Origin: a virus
Taxonomy: Duplodnaviria; Caudoviricetes
Reading direction: 5' to 3' (one strand)
Virus record (IMG/VR): IMGVR_UViG_3300031164_000001
Span: 1 to 60,393 of that record
Length of the DNA: 60,393 bases
Shown: one piece after another, positions 25,860-34,811 of the stretch
Position numbering within the stretch: the stretch's first letter is position 1
Layout: each line of letters opens with the position of its first letter
Notes under the pieces: generated by a model
Told to the model about the DNA's origin: nothing
The model's database searches: none
The model's input: the letters and a program-made list of their open reading frames with translations, nothing else
Translations under genes and position numbers: made by a program

Positions 25860-25889
25860 GCTTAAAAACCCCATCAGAGGAGGACGAAA

Positions 25890-26303
25890 GTGCAGGCCAT
25901 TCGGTTCAAGCTTGACCGGAGGTTTATCGCGGCGGGCTTACCGTCAGACATGGGGCATTGCGCACTGGTGCTCGCTTTGTACGCCGCTATCCCGCAAGCG
26001 CAATCGATCCGTGTCAATCGGGAAACAATCAGTCTGAGCAATATCGAGGAACGTTTGCGTTATGTCTACGCTACACCTAAGGCCCTAGTGCAGTTTCAAG
26101 ATGACTATGACGCGGGCAAAACAATTCGACGACTGCCCATGGTGATGTTGACCGACGACGATCTCATCGCGGTCAAGCCCATGAAAGTGACAACCGTGGC
26201 AGACCGGATCTACCGGCAAACTCATCCGCATACTCCTAGCCCTGGGACCGGAAAGAAGATTAACGACCGGCGAGCGCGAGCCCAAAATGCTAAGCGAGAC
26301 TGA
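25890..26303 (+). CDS. Hypothetical protein
   Basis: GAGGAGG RBS. Confidence 0.55.
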   Translation: MQAIRFKLDRRFIAAGLPSDMGHCALVLALYAAIPQAQSIRVNRETISLSNIEERLRYVYATPKALVQFQDDYDAGKTIRRLPMVMLTDDDLIAVKPMKVTTVADRIYRQTHPHTPSPGTGKKINDRRARAQNAKRD

Positions 26304-26778
26304 AGCGCGAACCCTCACAAAAGAAGCGTATCAAGTAGGCGAAGAATTCTTCTCACTGCTCGAACGGCTCTACAAAGGAAAGGCGCATAAAGCGCTCGGC
26401 TACCGAACCTTTGCGGCCTATTTCAACACAGAGTTTCGCGGCATGAGCGTGCCAGCTATACCCAAAGAGGACCGGCCCGCAGTAGTCCGCAAGCTCACCG
26501 ATGCGGGCATGTCCACCAGGGAAGTCGGTGCCGCCACCAAGCTAGGCCGGACCACGGTCCGACGAACGCTAAGTGGCCCAAATGGGCCAGTTCGGGTGAT
26601 CAAGACTGACCCGGTCGACGACCCGTATTGCACGGTTCCACGCGCGGCATTAACGAAAGAAGTAGAAGGGTGGATGACCACAACGGAGAAGCTGGCAAAC
26701 CGGCTCAATGCCGGAGAGCTAGCAATATTCATCGATGCACTCGAACAACTACTAGCACAAGCAAAGGAAGCCCGATAA
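26287..26778 (+). CDS. HTH DNA-binding protein (paralog of 23344-23973)
   Basis: 'KALGYRTFAAYF..EF', 'AGMSTREVGAATKLGRTTVRR'. Confidence 0.7.
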   Translation: MLSETEARTLTKEAYQVGEEFFSLLERLYKGKAHKALGYRTFAAYFNTEFRGMSVPAIPKEDRPAVVRKLTDAGMSTREVGAATKLGRTTVRRTLSGPNGPVRVIKTDPVDDPYCTVPRAALTKEVEGWMTTTEKLANRLNAGELAIFIDALEQLLAQAKEAR

Positions 26779-26797
26779 TGGGAAAGGACCAGTAACA

Positions 26798-27145
26798 ATG
26801 AGCGTCAACGTACCTCTCATGAACAAGACGATGGAGCATATCCGCAATCACCCCGACGAATGGAATCAGGGCACGTGGGTCGGCGACACGGCATGCGCCA
26901 CAACGGCGTGCTTCGCGGGCCGGGCGCTGATCCTCGCCGGACGTAACCTCGCCGAAGTGGCCCGTGGTCTGGGATTCCAGTACGCGGCAACGGTGGAATT
27001 GGGCCTCACATTCGAACAGGCCTCACAGCTCTTCTACGGCGGCAACAACCTCGAAGATCTCGAACTGTTCGTGAAGCTCATCATCGATGGGGCAGAGCTT
27101 CCGACGGTAGAAGGCGTTCCTTTCGGGACTCTCGTCAACGTGTAA
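26798..27145 (+). CDS. Hypothetical protein, tandem paralog A
   Basis: 'HPDEWNQGTW...CATTACFAGRA...LGLT..QA..LFYGGN'. Confidence 0.7.
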   Translation: MSVNVPLMNKTMEHIRNHPDEWNQGTWVGDTACATTACFAGRALILAGRNLAEVARGLGFQYAATVELGLTFEQASQLFYGGNNLEDLELFVKLIIDGAELPTVEGVPFGTLVNV

Positions 27146-27162
27146 AGAAAGGACGATCCACA

Positions 27163-27501
27163 ATGGTCAATGCACCCCTGATGTTCAAGACTCTTGACCA
27201 CATCGATGCGCACCCGGACGAATACAACCAGGGTGAATGGGCAACGAAGGGCCCGTGCGGCACCGTGGCGTGTTTCGCCGGTACCGCCGTCATGCTCGCC
27301 GGGCACGAATTCGACTTCCGCTATGAGGATGTGGACGCCACCGACGTCGTCAAGGACGGACGCTCAATCCGCGAAGTCGCACGGCTGGAACTGGGACTCA
27401 CGTTCGACCAGGGCGAGGTGCTGTTCTACGGCGGAAACAGCCTCGACGACGTTCGCGAATTGGTCCATGCGTATACGGCAGAACTGGTTGCCGCAACCTA
27501 A
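27163..27501 (+). CDS. Hypothetical protein, tandem paralog B
   Basis: 'HPDEYNQGEW...CGTVACFAGTA...LGLT..QG..LFYGGN'. Confidence 0.7.
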   Translation: MVNAPLMFKTLDHIDAHPDEYNQGEWATKGPCGTVACFAGTAVMLAGHEFDFRYEDVDATDVVKDGRSIREVARLELGLTFDQGEVLFYGGNSLDDVRELVHAYTAELVAAT

Positions 27502-27518
27502 AAAGGAAGGGTGACACA

Positions 27519-27938
27519 ATGGATGTCCAAACGGGAATTGATCTCATCGACCAAATCTCGTACAAGCCGGAATGGGAATTCACGGCATCGGATTACACGG
27601 CGAAATTCGAAGGGACGATCCGGGTGCGTATCACGTATCCCGCGTACGACTCGAACCGCGCGTACTCCGATGCGGACAAGCTCCGGCCGATCAAAACGTA
27701 CGGCGAATTCGCGTTGATGGTCGGTGACATCATCGAACCCAACCAGCTCTACCGGCGAGTGCTCGACGCGCTCACGAAAATCGAACTGCACGAAATGCGG
27801 GAATTCCTGCGGACCAAGGGGGGAATGTTCGCGCCGTTCCATCCGCACACCGTACAGGGTATGCGCGCCTGGAATGAGTATGTGGCGCCGGACTTGCTCG
27901 CCGACCTGTCCACCGATTTTCAGTTCGGTATCGCATGA
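27519..27938 (+). CDS. Hypothetical protein
   Basis: Strong RBS; 'ELHEMREFLR...PFHPH'. Confidence 0.6.
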   Translation: MDVQTGIDLIDQISYKPEWEFTASDYTAKFEGTIRVRITYPAYDSNRAYSDADKLRPIKTYGEFALMVGDIIEPNQLYRRVLDALTKIELHEMREFLRTKGGMFAPFHPHTVQGMRAWNEYVAPDLLADLSTDFQFGIA

Positions 27939-28511
27939 GGCACGACGAGATCGTTGACCTCCGCGCCCTACTGATCTGTCTCGTCATAGGTGTACTGGGG
28001 TTCTTTCTCATCATCTGATTGAGAGGAGGTGACCCGAATGAAGGGCACGCGAGTCACTTAATTGAATAAACGGTAGGGGGGCGGGCGTCGATTGCTTGCC
28101 CCCCTACCACCATTGGAGTCCACTATGGATGACTACTTGAGCGAGCACGATGACTTCGACGAATACCTTGACGAAGCGCTCAAGAACACGAAGTTCCGCA
28201 AGCAATTCGAACGGGCGCAGAAACGGCCGGTATGGCGACGGCGGCTGATCAGCTTGTGGGACATGCGTCCATTTAGGAAGGAACGCCATGAATGAGCGAA
28301 ACCTCATCAGGGACTACGCGCGGGAAGAGGTCATGCCGGACTTGCAGGACGGTGGATACGTCATCGCCATGCGCGGTGAGGTGGCGGGCAAGGCATTCGT
28401 TGCCCTACAACGGGTTCTGGACATCGTCGAGCACTCGGAGCAAGTGAACGAGTTCGGGAGCCCGGCCGTCGCCACCAGCGTGGTCCGCGAGGAGATCAGG
28501 AAGGCATTCAC

Positions 28512-28802
28512 GTGACGAACGTTGTGTGTATCTGCGGATCGATGAAATTCGCGGAAGCAATGCAGTTCGCGGCGGTAGCCGAAACACTCGCCGGGAACAT
28601 TGTCGTCATGCCGTTCGTCTTCAAGACATCCGGTCTGTCCAATGAGGAACACAAAGCGCTGGACGATCTGCATTTCGAAAAGATCGATATGTCGTACGAA
28701 ATCCTCGTGGTGGCAATCAACGGATATGTCGGCCCGTCGACACGAAATGAGATCTCTTACGCCGCAGCGGTCGGGAAGAAAGTTCGGTGGTGGGAACCGT
28801 GA
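28512..28802 (+). CDS. Nucleoside 2-deoxyribosyltransferase-like small Rossmannoid protein
   Basis: 'ICGSMKF...HFEKIDMS..ILV...GYVGPSTRNEISYA...GK.V'. Confidence 0.6.
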   Translation: MTNVVCICGSMKFAEAMQFAAVAETLAGNIVVMPFVFKTSGLSNEEHKALDDLHFEKIDMSYEILVVAINGYVGPSTRNEISYAAAVGKKVRWWEP

Positions 28803-29500
28803 GCTACGGCAACAACAATCCTAATTGGATGGACGCCCAGCCAGTTCGCGATCACGTGAACCTCCTTGGGGCCAACGGAATAGGGCAACGTCAACTGTCT
28901 GCGTTGTCGGGCGTGTCGCGCTGGTCCTTCCGGTACCTCATGTACGGGACATCCGATGGACGCTACTCGGAATCAAACAAGATCAGCGCCGACAGTTACC
29001 GGCGAATCATGTCCGTCTCGCTGAGCTTGGACCACGTCCATGCACTAGGCATGGTGGACGCCACGATCACCCGGCGCAAGCTCGAAGCGTTGGTAGCCAT
29101 GGGATGGTCGCAAAAGTACCTGGCTGAGCGGCTGGGCGTAGCACGCGGAAACTCTTGGAAGATGTTCCGTCTCACGAAAATCAGCGGGTACAGGGCCCGT
29201 CAAGTCCGTGACCTGTTCAATGAGCTATGGGACAAGCGACCGGCCAAAAAGGACGGCTACTACTTCCGTGAGCTTCGATATGCCGAACGGCGCGGCTACG
29301 TCACCGCGTTGGCCTGGAACGATATTGAAGATCTCGACGAAGAGCAGCCGCAACCGTATCCCTTGTACCGCAGGACATCTCATCACTCCCGTGAGGATGC
29401 ACAGGCGGATGTCCTTTTCCTGCGCAGGTTCGGCGAGTCCGAACACGAAATCGCCAAACGACTGCACATCACGACACAACGACTTAGGGACTACGCGTAA
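28799..29500 (+). CDS. Multi-HTH DNA-binding protein
   Basis: 'VRDHVNLL..GIGQRQLSALSGV', 'RRKLEALVAMGWSQKYLAERLG'. Confidence 0.7.
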   Translation: MSYGNNNPNWMDAQPVRDHVNLLGANGIGQRQLSALSGVSRWSFRYLMYGTSDGRYSESNKISADSYRRIMSVSLSLDHVHALGMVDATITRRKLEALVAMGWSQKYLAERLGVARGNSWKMFRLTKISGYRARQVRDLFNELWDKRPAKKDGYYFRELRYAERRGYVTALAWNDIEDLDEEQPQPYPLYRRTSHHSREDAQADVLFLRRFGESEHEIAKRLHITTQRLRDYA

Positions 29501-29823
29501 TGGGCGCACCACGAACGGCCGACAAGATCATTGACTTCCTGTCCGAACACCCCAACATCAATGTCACCCTGAACGAGATCATTCAAGTCACCGGTCTCAA
29601 AAAGGAACAAGTCCAAAGTGGAATGAGCAACCTCCGCTCTCGTAACGGGCTCAACATCGAAACTCTTGTCGCCGGTCAACTGTGGACATATCACCCGACT
29701 GCCCCGGCTCCCACCGGAGAGAAGCACGTTACGCCGCAAGTATTCGAGCTGGTTGGGCAGGCTAAGGCCGGGCTGATCATCCAAGACGAAGACGGGAAGC
29801 TCTACCGCGCGGAGGAACTGTGA
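29500..29823 (+). CDS. Winged-HTH-like protein
   Basis: 'IIDFLSEHP..VTLNEIIQVTGLKKEQVQSGMSNL'. Confidence 0.55.
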   Translation: MGAPRTADKIIDFLSEHPNINVTLNEIIQVTGLKKEQVQSGMSNLRSRNGLNIETLVAGQLWTYHPTAPAPTGEKHVTPQVFELVGQAKAGLIIQDEDGKLYRAEEL

Positions 29824-30141
29824 ACGAGTACGAGTCCTCAATGGAGCCTCGCGCCGAGATTCGCACGATGGCCAAAGCCACCCGGGAAATCTACGTGTCG
29901 CTGGTCCGCGAAGGGTTCAAAGAGCACGAAGCGCTGATCATCATCGGGCAGATCATCGCGTCAGCGAAAGAACAATCATGACCTACTACGAACACGTTGG
30001 CTGGGTTGGAAGGCCCCTCGTGCGGAAGTGCCGGTACCAGAACATTTGGTACACCTATCTTCCCAGTGCCGGACGCCATGAATCCCTTACGTGGCGCGAT
30101 GCTCTGCGCTGGGTGGCCCGCTACTACTCGGGAGCGTAGTC

Positions 30142-30459
30142 ATGACAGAGAAGAACATCCCCCCGAAGGCTGACGTACCAACGGATGTCGGCGACCTCGC
30201 GGCCTTTGTGGACGGTTTCAAGTCGGCTAAGAAGAACGAGCAGGACTGGAAGTCAGCGAAGGAACGCCTACAGGAATTCCTACAGGACAAGCTCAAAGCG
30301 GCCGGGGCCAACGTGGGCACAATCGACGGCAAGGAAGTCATCCGCCTATCCGAGTTTCCGAAAGACACAGTGGACTGGAAGAAACTCAAGCAAGAGCATC
30401 CGGACCTCGTGGAACAGTACACGTCGCAAAAGGACGGACATCGATTCAATGCCAAGTAA
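30142..30459 (+). CDS. Hypothetical protein (resembles C-terminal region of YqaJ-type proteins)
   Basis: 'VDWKKLKQEHPDLVEQYT'. Confidence 0.45.
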   Translation: MTEKNIPPKADVPTDVGDLAAFVDGFKSAKKNEQDWKSAKERLQEFLQDKLKAAGANVGTIDGKEVIRLSEFPKDTVDWKKLKQEHPDLVEQYTSQKDGHRFNAK

Positions 30460-30920
30460 CGATGATCACGTCTGTTCTTTCAAATTCGACTCTAAGGCAC
30501 CAGTTGAACAGTGCACTGTGTGTTCGGGCCGATGGGAGCGTGACCGGGCCGGAACCGGCTGGGTGAAACAGAACCGAGCTGACCGGCGGTGGCGTCACCG
30601 CGTATGGCGAGCGCACTTCCGTCGACAGACACGGGAGGCGGATAGGAAACAGCATAAGTATGGGGAGATCCAACACTAGATGACCGGTATTCCTTATGAC
30701 GGGATGAACCTACTTCTCGACGTGAAGTGGGATCTCGAATACATGGTTCGGGATGGCAAATGCTATTGCTGGAGGTGCGTAGTAACCCCTGATCAGCTCG
30801 CGGAATGGGAAGAGACAGACCGGAAAACGTACGGCGCCGGATTTCAATCTCGCTGGCAGTCCGGTACACACTTTTACAAAGCATCCGACTTCACTACCGT
30901 CCCTTATGGAATGAGTAGAC

Positions 30921-31226
30921 ATGGGTGAGACAACGGACCCGAAGGACCCACGGCTGACACATGGGCCAGACTACGAACCGGCAGATCAGGCCATTGTGTA
31001 CCTGGTGCTGTCCGAAGAGGAACGAGCAAAAGGTTTTGTGCGTAAGTTGCGCTTCTCCTACGTGCACAACGTATGCGGAGGCGTCACGCGCATGGCGGTT
31101 GGCCTAGCGGAAACCTATGCACGGCAACCATCTTTCTACGGCGCAACCTATTGCGTGGTCTGCCAGATGCACAAGCCAGTGAGCGAATTCCATTGGGATG
31201 GAACAGACATCGTGGTGGGGACATGA
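30921..31226 (+). CDS. Conserved Cys/His phage protein
   Basis: 'YLVLSEEERAKGFVR..R.SYVH..CG..T.M...AETYAR.P.FYGATYC..C'. Confidence 0.6.
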   Translation: MGETTDPKDPRLTHGPDYEPADQAIVYLVLSEEERAKGFVRKLRFSYVHNVCGGVTRMAVGLAETYARQPSFYGATYCVVCQMHKPVSEFHWDGTDIVVGT

Positions 31227-31808
31227 ACGAGAACGATGACCGAGCGCCGCACTGTGACTCCCGGATTCTCCACGCACCAAACGAATGTTGGGCGTGCGAC
31301 CTGCATCCGGACTGGCAGCGGCTACGCGAACGATGGGGCATCGCCTTCACCGGCCACACTCCAAAAAAGACAAACACGTACGGCATCGTGCGGAAAGAGT
31401 TGCCGTGCCCAGCCGATTTCAACCGGCCGCCCAAGTCACCGGCGGATCACCGGCAATGGGGGCCAAACCGAGCACAGGGGCCGGAACGATGAACGACCTT
31501 GAAACCGTGTTAGAAGCGCGCGACGCGTACAAGCGTTACGCCACAACGATGCGGCGGCTACTCGGCACCATGGTTTTGTGCTGGCTTTCGGAAGTGCCAC
31601 TCATCATCTATGCCCCGATCATGCTGGTGGTAGCCACACCGGCGGCAGTCACGGCAGGAATCATCGCATGGTGGAACTACTACGATGCGCACCACGGTCC
31701 AATTGGTACACAGAAGAACGACTACAACCGAATCGTGCGATACCGGCCGAGCATTCCCGGTCCGCGTGCCGCACTGGCAGCTGCCGAAGCGAACTACCGG
31801 CGGACCCT

Positions 31809-32567
31809 GTGAGCCTAGATCTCGCGCTGTTCGACAAACCGAATCAGCATCCGCTCACCGGTGCTGTCACCGAGCTGATCATGCACAAATACCGTGGTAC
31901 ACCGCGACATGTGCAACGCGAAATAGGGCCCTCGGAGATCGGTGAGGACTGTTTACGGAAGCTCGCGTATAAGGTGATGCATGAACCGTCCATTGCGGAC
32001 GGCGGAGATCCGTTGCCTTCGATCATCGGGACGGCGGCGCACACGTGGATGGAAGATGCGTGCCGACTATGGAATGAGCATTTAGGACGGATCAGGTACA
32101 TAGCAGAAGCGAAATTCGAGATCGTGCCAGGGATGCCCGGCCATTGCGATTGCTACGACGTCGATACGGACACGGTGATCGATTGGAAATTCCCGGGTAC
32201 CAGCAAAATGAAAGAGTACAAAGACGGCGGTCCGTCCTATCAGTACCGCGCGCAAGCCCATTTGTACGGCAAAGGTTGGGCCGCGCTCGGCGCCCCGGTC
32301 CACGAGGTAGCCATCGTGTTCCTGCCCCGTGGTGGCCTGCTCTCCGGCATGCATATCTGGTCTGAACCCTTCTCTCTGCCGACCGCTGAGCAGGCTTTAC
32401 AGAGGTACTATGACGTCACAGAGTTGGCCGTCGCGTTGGACGTCGAGACCTTCCCCCAGAATTACAAGCTGATTCCTCGCGTGACCGGCCACAACTGTAC
32501 ATATTGCAACTGGTTTAAACCGGGCGATGAATCAGGGCGAGGATGCCCCGGATGGCTGACAAAGTAA
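31809..32567 (+). CDS. PD-(D/E)XK / Cas4-like exonuclease
   Basis: 'GPSEIG.DC.RKL', 'GTAAH', 'GHCD...VIDWK', 'QAHLY', C-terminal CxxC. Confidence 0.85.
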   Translation: MSLDLALFDKPNQHPLTGAVTELIMHKYRGTPRHVQREIGPSEIGEDCLRKLAYKVMHEPSIADGGDPLPSIIGTAAHTWMEDACRLWNEHLGRIRYIAEAKFEIVPGMPGHCDCYDVDTDTVIDWKFPGTSKMKEYKDGGPSYQYRAQAHLYGKGWAALGAPVHEVAIVFLPRGGLLSGMHIWSEPFSLPTAEQALQRYYDVTELAVALDVETFPQNYKLIPRVTGHNCTYCNWFKPGDESGRGCPGWLTK

Positions 32568-32947
32568 ATGGATGGACAGTTGAAACACTGCGCATCTACC
32601 TAGAGGCATTGATCCGTGAAAACGAGAAAGCCTCAATCGCATGGCAAGAGCAAGCTATTCGATCCGTGAGTAAGTCCGAAGAGTCGATATCGCATCGCCT
32701 TTCGAGTATGAATGAATTTCGCGGACAGCTCAATGATGTACTAAGGCAAATGCTGCCACGGTCCGAATTCGACAGTCAACACGCGAATCTTGAGCGGCGG
32801 CTGACTGAAAACGCCAAGCGAACAGAGGATCTATCCGGCCGCGTTGACACCCTCACCGGGAAATCCGGAGGGCTTGCGCAAGGATGGACCTACCTCATGG
32901 CAATTCTCACAGTGGGGATTGCCATCTATGCATTGCTGAAACCATAA
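32552..32947 (+). CDS. Coiled-coil protein with C-terminal TM helix
   Basis: 'MNEFRGQL..R.EF'; hydrophobic C-terminus. Confidence 0.55.
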   Translation: MADKVNGWTVETLRIYLEALIRENEKASIAWQEQAIRSVSKSEESISHRLSSMNEFRGQLNDVLRQMLPRSEFDSQHANLERRLTENAKRTEDLSGRVDTLTGKSGGLAQGWTYLMAILTVGIAIYALLKP

Positions 32948-33270
32948 TGGGAAAACGATCCTACGAAGCACAAAGAGCTAGAAACATGCGGGCCCGTGCT
33001 CGCAAAACCGATCCTGGCGCGGAACTGATCCGACTAGATGAGATCGGCGACCGAGACCATTGGGTGTGCCAGATCTGTTTCAGGCAGGTCAATCGGTACA
33101 TGCCGCCGAGTCAGCAATGGTCCGCCTTCTATCCGACGCTAGATCACGTTATTCCGCTGGAACAAGGGGGCAAGCACATTCCGGCGAACGTACAACTCAC
33201 GCACCGACAGTGCAATGAGGACAAAGACAATCACACGCCCGACGAATGGGACAGGGTACGTACATTGTGA
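32947..33270 (+). CDS. HNH endonuclease
   Basis: 'RDHWVCQIC...TLDHVIPL..GG.H...NVQLTH..CN..K'. Confidence 0.9.
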   Translation: MGKRSYEAQRARNMRARARKTDPGAELIRLDEIGDRDHWVCQICFRQVNRYMPPSQQWSAFYPTLDHVIPLEQGGKHIPANVQLTHRQCNEDKDNHTPDEWDRVRTL

Positions 33271-33637
33271 ATGAACTAGTCGTGCCGTTTGTCACCGTAG
33301 TTTCTGCTGGTGGCGTACACGATGATGACGCTTATGCGGCCGGTTGGGAAATGGGTGTGTTAGATGCCCTACTGGAACGAACAACCGCAAGTAGCCACAA
33401 CCAGGTAATCCAAACGTCAAACGTCCCACAAGCGGACCTAATTGCACTTCGGTACGGATGGACTCTAGAGGCCGAAGAGCTAAGTGACGGATGGACGAAC
33501 ATTCAATTGAAGAACGGCAGTACGGATGATCTGTGACAAGTGCGCTCTAGCCGCAGACGTAGATGTCCAAGCGCTACACAAGGAATGCGAAGCACCGGCG
33601 ACGTGTCCGTGCCAGCATCGCGAGAGGTTGAATATCA

Positions 33638-34348
33638 ATGAGTGATGCCAACGATCTTATCATGGGATCATCTGTCGAGGGAGCGAAATTCGCATCCATC
33701 GGTGATCTCGTTCAGGGAACAATCGTCAAAATCGGCGACAAGGTACAAGCCCGGAAGTTCCGCTCAGACGGCAAGATGGGCGATCTGGCCACATGGGACG
33801 ATGGCCAGCCGATTTGGCAAGTGCGAATCGACATTCAGACGGACGTCCGAGACCCGATGATCCAGAACGACGACGGCATTCGCGGTCTGTACATTCGGGC
33901 CGGTAGCGAGCTGCGCAAGGTCGTTCAGGAAGCTGTCCGAATGAGCGGCAGTAAGGAAATCCTGGTAGGCGGATTCCTCGGAGTTCAGTTCGTCGGCGAA
34001 GAGCCCAGCGGGGCGGCCGTCGATAAGAAGCTCTACCAGGCCGTCTATCGCCCGCCGAACCCGGGCAGCTCCCTTCTCATGGACCCGGCCCCGCAGCAGC
34101 GTCAGCAGGCCGCTCAGCCGCAGCAGCAGGCCGTTCCGCAGTACCAGCCGCAGCAGCAGCAGTGGGCCCCGCAACAGCAGCCGGTGCCCGCGCAGCAAGA
34201 GCTAGCGCAAGTGCAGCAGCAGTACGGCATTCCGAATCCGGCGCCAGTCTCAAATGGACAGCTCGGGATGCAGCAACCGGCACAGAACCCGGCGCAGGAC
34301 CCAAAGGTTCAGCAACTCTTGCACAATGTGCAGCAGCAAGGCCAGTAA
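33638..34348 (+). CDS. ssDNA-binding-like protein with Gln/Pro-rich tail
   Basis: 'AKFASIGD.V.G.I...WDDG.P..Q..I..QTD..D...DDG.R.LY' OB-type phage SSB pattern; position in the replication module. Confidence 0.65.
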   Translation: MSDANDLIMGSSVEGAKFASIGDLVQGTIVKIGDKVQARKFRSDGKMGDLATWDDGQPIWQVRIDIQTDVRDPMIQNDDGIRGLYIRAGSELRKVVQEAVRMSGSKEILVGGFLGVQFVGEEPSGAAVDKKLYQAVYRPPNPGSSLLMDPAPQQRQQAAQPQQQAVPQYQPQQQQWAPQQQPVPAQQELAQVQQQYGIPNPAPVSNGQLGMQQPAQNPAQDPKVQQLLHNVQQQGQ

Positions 34349-34604
34349 TGGCACGGCTCGATTATCTGCCATTAGCGGACGGGCGATATCTCCTCGTGCT
34401 CGATCAGTTGAGTATGGACGAAGCCCAACGGCTACGGCGCGAGACCATTGCTCTTCTCGATAAGTACGTACAAGAGCGTGATTCGAACTGTATTGGGCTA
34501 CTGGTATTTAACATCGCGGTTGATATCGGTATTAGCGAGTAAGAAGCCCGGCGGGTTGATATGACTCGCCGGGCTTCACCCATCCCTGAAAGCGGGCCCC
34601 ACGT

Positions 34605-34811
34605 ATGGCTGACGACCCGTTCAACCCGCCGCACTACCTTGCTCACCCTAGTGGCGTTGAATGCATCACGATCACCGAGCACATGTCATTTAACCTCGGT
34701 AATGCAGTTAAATACGTGTGGCGGGCCGGACTGAAAACCAGTGATCCGCTGGTTGATCTCCGCAAGGCGGCATGGTATATCAACCGCGAAATTCAAAGGT
34801 TGTCACCATGA
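34605..34811 (+). CDS. DUF3310 protein
   Basis: 'NPPHY..HPSGVECI..TEHM.FNLGNAVKYVWRAG.K....DL.KA.WY'. Confidence 0.85.
   Translation: MADDPFNPPHYLAHPSGVECITITEHMSFNLGNAVKYVWRAGLKTSDPLVDLRKAAWYINREIQRLSP

Noticed and set aside
31809-32567. CRISPR-Cas system suggested by a Cas4-like gene
   Set aside because: No repeat-spacer array or other cas genes were seen; solo Cas4-like nucleases are common in phage recombination modules.
34090-34345. CAG-rich tract as a separate repeat element
   Set aside because: Explained by the Gln/Pro-rich tail of the SSB-like protein.
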